Shown here piece after piece: positions 1 through 29,125 of a DNA stretch of 34,850 bases. The translations under genes were made by a program, and so were the position numbers. The notes under the pieces were generated by a model. It had not been told where the DNA came from, did no database searches, and worked only from the letters and a program-made list of their open reading frames with translations. Position 1 is the stretch's first letter. Each line of letters starts with the position of its first letter. The stretch covers positions 1 through 34,850 of the forward strand of contig JBHJMP010000891.1 in assembly GCA_043381765.1 (NCBI GenBank). Direction: 5' to 3'. This DNA comes from Collodictyon triciliatum. Lineage: Eukaryota.

Positions 1-50
<50 letters not shown>
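1..50. repeat. (AG)n microsatellite
   Basis: Perfect dinucleotide run at the window start. Confidence 0.95.
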
Positions 51-54
<4 letters not shown>

Positions 55-197
55 GAAAAGAAAGAAAAAAGAAAGCATGAGATAATATCTCTTTTCTTTA
101 TTATTATTATTTTTTTTATTGATACACAAACAGCCGAGTACGCTGTGCACAGAGGGGCCATCAGATTTTGATGATACTCAGTGTTTTGTCTAGTGAA

Positions 198-11982
<11,785 letters not shown>

Positions 11983-13077
11983 TCTGTCTCTGGTGCTGTC
12001 CCCTCCTGGCGGAAAAGTCGGGGCGGGGCAACGCGGCTGGGCTGATTTCTGTTTGAGTCCGGTGTTGATCTGGTGTGGCTGATTCCTGTGCAGAAAAGGA
12101 ATGATATCTTTGGTGGGGTGGTTGTTTTGGTTTCTGAAGGCACATCGTTTGGCTCCTTCCTTAATCTTTTATTTTATTTTGTTTTGTTTTGTTTCATTTT
12201 ATTTTATTTTATTTTATTTTATTTTATTTTATCTTTTACGTATTTTGCTTTGTGTTAGTTGAGTGGGGCGCGTTTGAGTCACGTCGGAAGGACGCAGGGG
12301 TTTTGCGTGCGCGTCGTGGTTCGGATGTGAATGCGACAGAATCGCGTGGAGGGGGGCGTGGCGAAGAGAGACTTTGCGCGATACTTTCCCACAGACCAGT
12401 TCTTTTAGAATGAAGGGAGCGATTCTGGTCGATTTGCCCAATAAAAAAAGCCATATTTTTTTTGAAGTTTTCGTGAAGCCGAATCGAAGCAAAGACGAAG
12501 GCGTTGCGGCATTGGTGCAAAAGGGCAAAGGATTGAATCAGCCCGACAGATCCAACCAGAACTCATTCAATTGGCAAACCAATGAGGAAAATCCCTTTTT
12601 TGGGCTGGGCTTGTGTGTTGATGTTATGAGCGCGCCAAGAAGGATATATTTTCACATGGGTTCGTTGTTTCTGTGTCTCATTCGGTTTTCCGTGGAAAAG
12701 CACTGCAAGTGGACTTTATTTCTGCCTTGGTCTTGTCCCTGCTCATTCTTATTGTGGAAATGGAGTGAACCTGCTTTCGGATGTCCGTTACATCCACGCA
12801 TCTGCGTCGGCTGCCCAGCACACGCGCCACACAGCCAAGCAACACACAGTTGGTTCGAATCTCGCAGGTGCGCAAACGGAAGGCAGCACCGAAACCGCCT
12901 TCGCGGCGCCATACACAAGGATGCGAGTGTGATACAAGGTCGGCGGTTTCTCATCAAGAGACCAGTTTTCGTCTGGATTACAAACAGGTCTCGCAGCTTA
13001 ACGAAAGAGCGAAAAAGTAAAGATAATCGTGATAATCACCATTACCATCGTAATCCCAATAAAATTAACATTAACAT

Positions 13078-13199
<122 letters not shown>

Positions 13200-13352
13200 G
13201 AGTTGACAGAGGTAGTAAAAGTAAGTCAAAGCTTTTAATCTTTGATACGATTTGTTCCTTTTAAAAAAAATTTTAAAAGATTTTCTCCATTTGCTGGTTG
13301 CTCATGCGATGCTCGGATGCAGGCGGTTTGCAAGAGTGCGAGTTATGTGAGT

Positions 13353-14462
13353 TCAGTCCTCCATTTTGAAGATCTCCTTAATATCTTCCTCCTTCAGAAG
13401 CGGAACCTTCTGCTTTCCTGCTGCTTGGAGATTTGGTATACCATCGACGGCTTCTTTCATCTCCTTCTGTTTTCGATTCTGGATATTGACCATGACTTGC
13501 TCTACAGAATCCACAATTTTTAAGCGGTGTACGAATACGTCCTTTTTTTGACCCATTCTGTGAACGCGGTCGATGGCCTACGAGTTTCGAGTTTAGCGGG
13601 ACTTTGTGTTTATGGACGAGGAAAGATTATTTTTTTTTGTTTATTACTATTCTTTCAATTTTGTGCAGGATGGTTGTGGACGAGGAAAGATATTATTTGA
13701 ACAAAAAATTTATAGGCGCTATGAACAGTTGTGGGGACTTATTTAAAGCACCTGTTCTTCGCAAGCAGCATTCCACCACCAATCCAGCATAAACACATGG
13801 TTGGCCCGCGTTAGGTTGAGGCCAACCCCGCCGGCTTTAATAGATACGAGGAAAACTGGAAAGCCTTTACCCTGGTAATTTTTGTCGGATGCAACCAAAA
13901 AGAAAAAGTATTAAATTATCGTTTCAGCAAGATATTTGAACTAGTGTTATTACAGTGGAATTTTTTTGGAACTAGACTTCAATAAATAAGTACGGTGTTC
14001 GGCTTTTTTTTGGACTATTTCATTTTACTTTGCGTTCATCGAAGGAGCCTGTATCATTGAATGCTTTTATCTCTGAGGTTCTTTTATCGTTCGTAATTCC
14101 TCCATCTAGCCTGCAGCACTTAATTAGGTTCTTTTCAAGGAGGTTAGCCGTTATATCCAAGGCTGTTTTCCATTGGCTGAATATAACAACCTAGCATTTG
14201 CCAAGATGACAATATATGAATACCAAGAAAGAAAAAAAAGAGACCTTCGTTTACGGGGGTGGAATCTAGATGATTCAAATTCACAAACTATTTCTTAAAA
14301 AAAAAAATAAGATTTTGAAATAATTATTTTTATAATTATAGCTGGCTGCCCAAATCAAATTTGTGTTCAAAATCATTATTATTATTATTATCATTATTAT
14401 TATTATTATTATTATTGTTATTATTATTATTATTGTTATTATTATTATTGTTATTGTTATTA

Positions 14463-14521
<59 letters not shown>

Positions 14522-17441
14522 GTTATTGCGGTTTTTCTATTCTGCTTTTGCTCGCGAGATAATCTCGTCTACTGTCGTTCAGAAGAAATTGTAACCTTAT
14601 CATGTGGCCTTTCTCTTGATATTCGGTCCAGTTCACGCAAAATAACAATAAATTTTGAGCTCAAGAAACTTGTAGCGTCCAAAGGCTTTGAGGCGTCTGG
14701 CTTCACTCTTGACATGATTGTTTGGTTACATCGAACCTATTGGGCAGGTTTATGAAATGTTACATTCTTTTTTTTTTTTTGACCATTCAGATACGCCGGA
14801 ATATTTCTTAGGCTTTTATCTTTGAAAATATAATATTTTCTGTCAGTAAAGTCAGTAATGGAAGTGAACAAAAAGTTTCAACGTGTGCAACGTTAGTAGT
14901 ATACCTATTAATTTCCAAAATTACTTACAGGCACTCCGCACTTAGGGCACAAGAAATCGCGGTCGTTGTGAGAAGCGCACCCAGAGCAACATTTAATATG
15001 ACAACATGACAAAGAGAGCGGTTCAATACATTCATCATTACAAACGAAACAGTTTTCATCGCTGTAACCCTATAAGATATTTATTTTTGAGAGTATGATA
15101 ATAAATCAACTCCCAATTTTTGGATTGAAGTCACTGCATCCACACTAACAGAATCCATATAACGAAATGATTGAAAAAATTACCAAGGCGCCATCCTCCA
15201 CAGACGCGGCGATAATCATTTGCATCAAATGACTATTATCCCTACCAGCCTCTAAAGTGGATTCTGGTCTATTTGCTACCGAGCTGAGAGACCCTCTTCT
15301 GGATTCACCGGCCTCGGTCTTACTTTCTTGTTTGGTTGAGTTGATCATACGCATAAACCCACCAAATACGGTTTCTCCCAGAAGAGCTGGATGGATGCAG
15401 GCTTGGCGAAGGCGCAATACGCATACCGCAGTATGCGCCGACGATCGATCACTTTTGCTTTTCAAAAGTTTCCTAGTGGTGGGATGATTAGATCGATGTG
15501 CATATGGCTAGGTTGGTATAAGTGATAGTGTTCAGAAAGACTCTATCTAATTCATTCCGTTGAATGTACTTCAATTAAAAGCACAATACCTGCACTCTGA
15601 TCTCAAAACATCCATAAAAAGCTGCTCATCGGGACATAAGTAGACATCATGACACACAACAACTTTTGCAGGTATCACACGATTAATCGGCGATGATGAG
15701 GAAGGCATCTGAAGGCTGCGTGGGTCTCCTATATCTTCTTTTGAAGGAGTAATACTCATTCTGGCCATTAGAGAAGCTAATTCGTCGTCAGATGATTTCC
15801 TCGCAGGGCCAGTGATGGCCTCCTTAATATTTAGAGAGACGACATATGCAGAAAACACTTCCCTCTTGCACCGTCGAAGCATTATCCTTTTAAGAATGTT
15901 GTGTAACTCCTCTGTTCCCTCAGGTTCTTTCTCAAATTGCTAAGTTGGTATCATTATTATAAGAAGATCCAAAAAAGTAGAGTTATGAAAATAAAGAAGC
16001 GATTCATGTTATACTCAAAATTTTGAAAGTTTAATTGTAGAATATAATTAAAGTTAGAAAAAAAACCGATATATTGAATAAGTTTATTGCTATTTCATTA
16101 GAAGAATCACGATTACATTTTAAAATAATAAAATGGTTCCCAATGATACATCATGAATGTTGTGTAAGTAATTACAAAATACCCTTTTGAATTTTTCTGG
16201 GTCAGTATATGACTCCAAACGCAGGTAGTTAAAATAGCTATAAAAGTCTAATAATTTGTTCTGGTATGGAGTACCAGTAAGTACCCAACGAAATGCAGCA
16301 TTCAGCATTGTCATGGCGAAAGCCCTCTTCGTCTTATGATTACATATGATATGTCCTTCGTCCAAGACTACACGGAACCAACGCACAGAAAACAATGGAG
16401 AGCATGAATTCTGCTTGACCGTATCTTCTGGAGTCTCTGGCGACCCCCGCTGTGCTGTGTCATATGTGGATAAGACTACGTCAAATTGTGCGAGATCGTT
16501 AGGCCTGGATGTCCGACTGGTTCCGTGGTATTTGTACACATCCAACTTTCTTCCAGCCACAATACATGCATGCTTTTGAATCTCCGATATCCATTGGTCC
16601 ATTAGCGACAACGGACAGATAATAAGTGTTGGTCCACGAATCAGATTTCCCGACCTTTGTTCGGCTGCCCTCAGCTCACGACAGCGTTGAACTGTGGACG
16701 TAATCAGTGCGATTATTTGCACTGTTTTTCCAAGCCCCATCTCGTCCGCTAGAATCCCGCCATAGGGAGACTCACTCTCTTGGGAAAGCAAAAAGTGGAG
16801 GCCTTTTCTTTGGTGCGGAGCAAGCGAGCTTTGGAGTCCAGTTGGCTGTAGCGCATTTGCAGGTATCCCATGGCGCTCGTCTGTTTGTATAGATTCGAGA
16901 ATGCGTTTGTGCATCTCTCTCTCAGCCTCAGTGGCGACATAGTAATCCGACTCTGGGAATAGAACTTTGCCAGCTAGTCTGGTCTTAGTGCCACGCGTTC
17001 GCGGCGCGCAGGGGGGACTGAATAGGAAGGGGATGCTATTTTTGATCCTGTCAACATGCTCACTTCTTCGACCCTATCAGCATGGGTTTTTAATTGCTGT
17101 TCAGAGTATGCACTGATAGGACTTCTGACAAATATGGAAGGGGTACTGAAACACTCATTTTGTATCTCAACCATCAGTCCCTTGCTGGCTTGTACTGGCG
17201 TGGTTGGGCTGCATGGTTGAATAGGCTCAGCTTCTGTCATCTCCAGCTTTACCCCAGCATCGAGGTTTTGCTCCCTGCCAAGACTTTGTGGCTCTTGTTT
17301 CAACGTCTCCTTCTTTGGTGTGCGCCTTTGCAGCACTTTGGATTCCTGGCTGCTACTCCCCGATTGCGCAGCAGGAGAGGACGAAGCGCTGCTGCTTCCT
17401 GGAATGCGTGGCTCATCTCGCTTGATTGGTGTTCCACTCAT
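13353..17441 (-). CDS. Rad5/Rad16-family SNF2 ATPase with RING finger, ~9 exons
   Basis: Motifs [45 protein letters not shown] and [14 protein letters not shown] exon 15069-14929 (CFVC...[10 protein letters not shown]...CPKC). Helicase-C motifs [48 protein letters not shown]. Stop TGA at 13353. The first intron (about 17063-16984) is inferred from the frame change. Confidence 0.93.
14375..14528. repeat. (ATT/GTT)n microsatellite in an SNF2 intron
   Basis: Trinucleotide run. Confidence 0.95.
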
Positions 17442-17609
17442 CGGTTCTTTCTGCTCAGGTTTGTTTAATTTTCGGTGAGGTGAGTGTGCTTAGCTGTCAT
17501 GTTGATTAAGATATACTTCTCATCTCTTCTTTTCCAATTTATATAGGGAGTATCGCTCAACCTGTCATATTACACTGACTCTTTCATTTCACTTCCATTT
17601 CTTTTTAAT

Positions 17610-17881
17610 TAGATTAAAGTGCCATTTTGTGAGCTGTTTCTTTCAGACTATTTGATTTCCCTTTCGTATTTCTCTTGACATATTTATATGAACGTGTCGC
17701 ACTATGAAATTTCTTCAGACTATTTAATTTCCCATTTGTATTTTTACTAGATTAAAGTGCCATTTTGTGTGCTGGTTCTTTCAGACTATTTGATTTCCCT
17801 TTCGTATTTCTCTTGACATATTTATATGAACGTGTCGCACTATGAAATTTCTTCAGACTATTTAATTTCCCTATCGTATTT
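17610..17881. repeat. Tandem duplication of a 138-bp unit, each unit holding two copies of a ~30-bp TTCAGACTATTTRATTTCCC...GTATTT element
   Basis: Units start at 17610 and 17748. Core element starts at 17642, 17714, 17780 and 17852 (spacing 72/66/72). Confidence 0.85.
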
Positions 17882-18466
17882 CCGTAGTGAATGGCATACC
17901 ATTCAGCAGGATTCGGTGATGGCGAAATGTCAAATGAACGAGAGGAGGGCCTTATTCTCGCACAGGTGCCCCGAGTGCCAGTTAAGTGAAATGCATGCGG
18001 GGCATTGTCACATGAATTTTGACTCTCCTCTTTTCCATTTGCAAAGAAAGCAACTAAGTGTAAATCCCTTCATATCCTTCTCCAAGAAAACTGGATGAAT
18101 AAGATGATTGGGTTAAACTATGAAGAAGAAGAAAAAAGCCATCATAACCCATTCCAGTTCCCTCAAGAAGGTGATGCGTCCGCATTTCTGAAATGAACAA
18201 ATATATATAAATTTTTATGGATGTATCAAGAAAAAAATGAGAAGGAAAAGGAAAAGGAAAAAGAAAAGGAAAAGGAAAAAGAACCCTTTTACGGGCTAAC
18301 CTACCTGGTATAATTAGAAGAGCGACCCGGTTGTTGTATGTTTGTTTGTTTTCATAAAGAATCATTTATCTACGGCTGGATCATTTGGGGTATATCGCAG
18401 ACCCTTTGCACGACTTGGAACGACTATCACAGTCTTATTCTGAAGCCAATTTGATGAGTGTCTATC

Positions 18467-18599
18467 TTTGTTTTTTGTTTTCTGTTTTTTGTTTTTTGTT
18501 TTCTGTTTTCTGTTTTCTGTTTTCTGTTTTTTGTTTTTGTTTTGTTTTGTTTTGTTTTGTTTTGTTTTGTTTTGTTTTGTTTTGTTTTGTTTTGTTTTG

Positions 18600-18630
<31 letters not shown>
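18467..18630. repeat. (TTTTCTG)n/(TTTTG)n microsatellite
   Basis: Heptamer run changing to a pentamer run, intergenic. Confidence 0.93.
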
Positions 18631-19408
18631 GAGCCCAAAAGAGAGTCGCAGCTAGGCGAAATAAGAATATGAGGGTGATAGTTGCTTGAGCGTTGCCAAG
18701 AGTTGCGACCCAGTAGCTATCTTTAAGGAATTCCAGATCCAAAAGTATTCCTTATTCTGTTCCCAAGTTCCTCCTTTCCCGGCCTCAACTCGCGCCTTCC
18801 AAAGCCCGGGCGATCGACTGGCCACTCCTTCCGTGGGCGCGTTGATGCTCCGCTCTGTGATTTATGACGGGACTTCAAACAACGATCGGATGACAACCAG
18901 AAACATAGATACCATACATTCTAACAGTGGAAATTATGCTAAAAAATTATTTTGGCTCAGGAAAATATACAGGCCGGGTGATTAATTGATAAACGTGTGT
19001 TATAATTAGCGATATTAGATATACAAGCGCACATTGGAATAGCCAGGGCATTATTTTGTCTCGCTCGCTTTACTCTCAGAGAAACCGTCGATCAGTGGGG
19101 CTTAATAAACGTTTCTTTTTCTTCTTTTATTTTTATTTTATTTGTATTTATATTTATATTTATATTTATATTTATATTTATATCTTTCTTTTATTTTTCT
19201 TTCTTTTATTTTTCTTTCTTTTATTTTTCTTTCTTTTATTTTTTTTTTCCGTTAATATGAAGACAAAGCCAAAGTCAAGTTTGATAAGGATAAGACCAGG
19301 ATGGGTCGATCTCACAAGAGCGAAGCAGAGGAGGGCAGGGATTCCCAGCGCCACATATTATTCACAAGAGACTAAAGTATTAGAACACTCGAGGAGCAGC
19401 AAAGTCAA

Positions 19409-24320
<4,912 letters not shown>

Positions 24321-24690
24321 ATAGAGCTCTCAATCACTAAATGAGATAAAAATAAAAAAAGTCATATAAATAATAGAAGAAATAAAAGGAACTTCCAGAA
24401 ATTAATAACCCATTTATTTTCACTAACAAGCTACTATTCTAATGTATATGACTTGGCGCTATGAAAAAAAGTATGAAAATGTAGCCAGTCTCGACTTTTT
24501 TTTTAAAAAAAAAACTGTTATATTTAGGGGATTTGCATTCATTTATTGTATTTGTTTCTTTTTTGTTTTGGTTTGTTTACTTATTTGTTTCTTTTTTTTC
24601 TTTTTTTTCTTTTTTCTTTTTTCTTTGTTTGTTTGTTTATTGGGTTGTTGTATTTCCTGGCCAGCCAGATGCCGGCCAAGCTATAGACAA

Positions 24691-25414
24691 TCAAAAGTCT
24701 AGCAGCAACTGAGGCAAAATCTGTTCTAGATGCGACGGCTCCAGCTTATCCTGTTCAGATGCGACCATGACTTTTGCTGCCCTGTGGATGGTTTCTACAC
24801 ACATTGCCGAGTGGAAATACTTATCAGAAAAGAAGCTGAAGGCATGTGTTCATTCGCCATCCGACGCTCGTGTTAGTGGGCAGTTTGAAAGCCTTTGCAA
24901 CAACTCGTGCTTTGGTGAGTCCCAAGAAAAGATTGGACTGCGAATGAGGAATGATAGGGTGTACTTACCGATGACAAACAAGCGAAGAAACTCGGACGTG
25001 GCCTTTGTCGTATCTGGTGTTCCTGTGTGATGGTGTTTAGATATGTGATGGTCTCATTTTATTGTCTGCGATAGATGCTTATGCTGAATGGTTTTAAGCA
25101 ACACCTCTTTGTGGGATTAACAGCAACCTTTGAGATTCAGTCTGTCGGCTTCCCAGGCGTTCTTTAGGATCTGCTCAACTGTTTGCTTGGTTTTTTTTTT
25201 TAATCGTTATTTTAATCTGCACAACTAACAACCTCTTTTTTTTCTTTTCTTTCTTTTTTTTTAGCAGCGTGATTATGACAAAGAAAAAGCGGGCTTTAAA
25301 TGTTTCCGTATCATGAGTGAAAAAGGAGCGGTAGGTGTGGGTTTGATTTAGACGGTAAAGAGTGAGGAAGAGAGGGAAGTGACAAACAGTCTTGAAAGTC
25401 GGTGCCTGCTCCAT
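24691..25414 (-). CDS. CENPX: CENP-X / MHF2 (STRA13) histone-fold protein, 4 exons (25414-25388, 25185-25128, 25022-24969, 24794-24691), 80 aa
   Basis: All three introns are GT-AG and in frame. Product: MEQAPTFKTQTVEQILKNAWEADRLNLKGTPDTTKATSEFLRLFVIETIHRAAKVMVASEQDKLEPSHLEQILPQLLLDF*, with the family's LE.ILPQLLLDF C-terminus. Confidence 0.9.
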
Positions 25415-26645
25415 TGGTCGGCGGACTTCTGATCCCTTTGCAAAATAATGTTGGGCGAGTAAGCCAACAAAGTCATAATAAGATGATAAGTCATGAACTA
25501 ATGAAGCTTGACTTGTTGGGACTTTGGCACATAGTGAAGAAAACTTTGTGTATGTTTGTTTTTTCAGGTTGAAGAGATACAGAAGGATATTTCACTCGCA
25601 GTGAGTGTTTATTATTTGGATGAATACTAATATTCCGGTTGATTTTGTGGCAGACCAGGAGGACACACAATTCACGTTTTATGTAAGAGAATGAAGCAGA
25701 TGGGGTACACAGAATTTCCAATGATGGACGTTTTAATATATAATATATACTGAAAGCATCGGTTTGGTTTCGTTTAGTTTAGTATGATTTCTTTGTTGCA
25801 GAAGGTGTGTAGATTGTCTGTTTATGTATGTGTTTTTCAGCCAGTGCGATACTCTGGGAGGAGAGTGGAATGTCTCCTTTCAATGGACGATGCATTGAGG
25901 AAAAGAGGAACGGAAACTTTATTTTGCAGAAGGATACCAATATTATCATCTGTTGTTCCACAACAGAATAATAATGATGTCCTTTTGGTATGACGGGGAA
26001 AGAAGGCGAGGAGATATTTACAATCATACGATATACTAAAGAGTTATTTTTTTTTTAAAAAAAAAACAACAGAAAATAGAATAGAAGCATAAAATTTTTT
26101 TTGAATGAATGAAAATATATTCAATTGTTATTGGGAGGTTTAATTCCTGACACGTTTCCGAGCTTATCTGTCAAACACAAGAATTTTAGTTATCTTGGAC
26201 CGGAGAGCCCACCAATCATTTCATGTTAAAAGGCAAAATACAAAACAAAAATTAAAGTTAAGTATTACGTATGGTGATGAGCTGTGGGGCGATGCTGGCC
26301 GCTGGTAGCCATACTGCTGAACGAGAGGTTGTGGGTTGTCTCCCTAGTGAGGCGGATATTTAATTATAGTTTTGTGCACTGCACGAGAAGGATGACTCCC
26401 TCAATTAAACAATTAATATTTTCTAGCATAGTTGAAAATTCTGCGCCAAAAGAAAGCTTATCAAACCATATTATTATGAGTTCCTTTTAATCAAAAAAAT
26501 GGAAGAAAACAAACTCCATAATAACAACAATAAGAATATGAACAAGAACAATAATAAGAATAATAGTAATAGTGATAGTAAATAGATGTTACATAACTTC
26601 ATCATTTTATGTAAAAAAACAGGAAAACCATCAAATACGTATACT

Positions 26646-27475
26646 TCAGTATAATGCAGAAATCAAACCGGAGTTTTGTACTCTGGCTGACAACCGATTC
26701 GATGTTGTCACAGGCGGTGTTGTGGCTCGGTTTCTTCGGATATTGCTCTGTTTTGTTGATGTGCCTCCCGATGAAACCGACACCAGATTGAGGCGATATG
26801 TGGATGAAGGCCCGACAGACGACGGACGCGGACGCTCGTTTGTGGACGGACGAAAGGTATGTTTCGGACTCAAAGGAAAGTTTGTTATTGTAGTGGTGGT
26901 GATACCTTGGATTGTGGGTGTCTGTATTGGATTTACTTGCCGAGGCTTTGATGTCATTCCGCATTCTTCTATTTTTGTGTGAATGAAGGGTGAATTTGAA
27001 TGGGTCATTTATTAGGCATCCCTTCATTTTTTTTTGTTTTTTGTTTTGTTTTTTTGTTTTGTTTTTTTGTTTTGTTTTTTTGTTTTGTTTTTTTTGTTTA
27101 TTTTTTTGATTCTTTTTTAACAGAATGGGGCTGTCAGAAAAAAAAGAGAAATAATCTTATTAATGTAAGGAGGTATGATAATGTAGCTTTCTATATTCTG
27201 CTTGGTGGGATTCGAAAATACCATTCGAGACTGGCAAATGGAATCATGAATCATGGCAATCCATATTCAAAAAGGAACTATGGTGGAAGGTTTGAAAAAA
27301 ATAGGATGAATGAATCGAACAAAATGGGTTCAAAAATAAAGTCACCTTGGAACTTTTCATAATGCAAATCAACTTGCCGCTTGTGCTCTTCGCTATCAAA
27401 ATGCCTCTTTCGACCAATATAAGTATCGGGAAACTCTTTGTTGCAATAATCACAGTAGTAAGTCGCGTTTTGCAT
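26646..27475 (-). CDS. ZMAT5: U1-type (matrin) zinc-finger protein; N-terminus resembles ZMAT5 (U11/U12 20K); 3' structure uncertain
   Basis: Exon 1 (27475-27346) reads MQNATYYCDYCNKEFPDTYIGRKRHFDSEEHKRQVDLHYEKFQ. The C-x2-C-x13-H-x5-H spacing and F.D....RK.H match ZMAT5 rather than U1C (x14). It splices in phase 1 either to a short exon at about 27231 (VSNGIFES..., stop near 27161) or to the S/T/P-rich exon ending at 26646. Confidence 0.55.
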
Positions 27476-29125
27476 TTATGACGGCTTCTTTATGGGTCGA
27501 TAATGTCTGAGGATTTTCGAGAAAAAAAAGTATGTTGGTGATCCAGGGTCTTCTCTCGTCCTCTTTCTTCTTCTCGTCTTTTCCTTTATTCTTTCTAATT
27601 GCCCGCTTGCACAAATAGCCGAAGTTAGAAATAAGGTAGGAAATATATAGCTGCTTTTTTCTGTTTTTTCTGTTATCTCTGTTTTTTCTGTTTTTTTCTG
27701 TTTTTTTCTGTTTTTTTCTGTTTTTTTCTGTTTTTTTCTGTTTTTCTGTTCATTATTTCTACTCCTGTCATTCAAAGCAGTTAGCCAATAGGGCTATCAA
27801 ATCGCGGGGTGGGGTGTCGGCCAAAATGCAATAAACACAACATTTTACAAACTCCCTTCCCAAATGCAACACCAAAATTATGAGCTATGAGAAGGAAAAT
27901 AAACTATCCAAATGCAACCACACGAAACAAATCCAGCAGGAATTGCACCATATTGAAAATGAAAAAGAAAAGAAAAAAAAGATTCGGTTCGTCTAGGCTG
28001 AAAACATATGGGGTTATGTGCGAGCCCGAGGGATGAAATAAAGTGTCTACTTCATTACACCCATGTCTTTCCACCAGGCAAGGACTGAGACCACCACATA
28101 TATAAGTCACATAAATACTGGTGTGATAATGTAGAGGCCCTGAAGCTGGAAAGGAGCCAGTTCACAGCTGCGTTTTCATTTTTCTTTTACGGTTTCGTGA
28201 GTCCGTCATCGGATGTAATCAACTGGGTTAGGCTGTCTGCAATCACATAGAGTCCTCCCTAATTCTCTTCACATATAACGTACAGTGGATAAATTTTTCC
28301 AACTTTACAGAAGCTTTACTCTCATTGATAGCCTTTGTAGGATTTGTTGTTGTGATGCTAAGAACGTCGGAAAAGGTTCATTATTCAAATCAGGCCCTCT
28401 TCTACCACCCGAACGCGGTCTTTGTCACAAAGGGCTCATCCAAAGGATTTCAGCAGGCGTACTTCGGTATTTTTGGGATTCCATAACCAAAAATGTTCCT
28501 CAATTTTCGATACGGCTAACGAACCCTTTTTTTTCTTCTTCCTTTTTTTCTTTCTTTCAACGCACTGCTAATCGGAAGGACAAAATGCCTTCGCAATCAC
28601 AGATGAAACGTGCCAGCCAACACCTTCCAGTGCAACAATCAATAAATTGCCCCCTTTGAGTTACCGATGTGTTTGGGAAAGGGGTGTGTCTGGTCCAACA
28701 TTTTCGATGCTTTTCAGTGGCTCTGGTTCTCTCCGGAAGAGTAAGCCAGTGATTTGGCAGACAACATTCCTTTTACCAACCAACTCCGATTCAAAACACA
28801 CACCACTCGCCCCTGAACTGCAAATCCTTTTCGCACCAAACCACAAAATCCAGAAAAGGAAAAGTTTTTCGGAAAAACATGCGTACATGCGGATATTTTC
28901 ATATCTGGAAAAAATACAAGCTTTGATTCCAGAATCACACACCGCGCTGTCATAACTAATCAAGGTAGATGCCTTCCTCAATCCAGCGAGTGGTCGTGCT
29001 TCACTTCCAAGCCCAACCCGACCAGAGCAAGGAAAACACACGAGTGCTGAATCAATGAAACGACCTCACTCGTCTTATGTCAAACCCACGCATCAATAGC
29101 AGGCCATCCAACACCCACCAAGAGA

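Noticed and set aside
12845-12875. GGTTCGAATC tRNA T-loop/B-box-like motif
   Set aside because: The flanks do not form a T-stem and no cloverleaf is evident.
16914-17064. Apparent frameshift between the two N-terminal SNF2 ORFs (pseudogene or recoding)
   Set aside because: A GT-AG intron (GAA|gtgagc...taag|ACC) joins them in frame.
17642-17881. CRISPR-like pattern of ~30-bp repeats with 36-42-bp spacers
   Set aside because: Spacers 1 and 3 are essentially identical, the repeats are degenerate, there are no cas genes and the context is eukaryotic. It is a tandem duplication.
18072-18080. ATATCCTTC U12 donor-like motif
   Set aside because: It is intergenic, with no exon context or paired branch site and acceptor, so it is likely a chance match.
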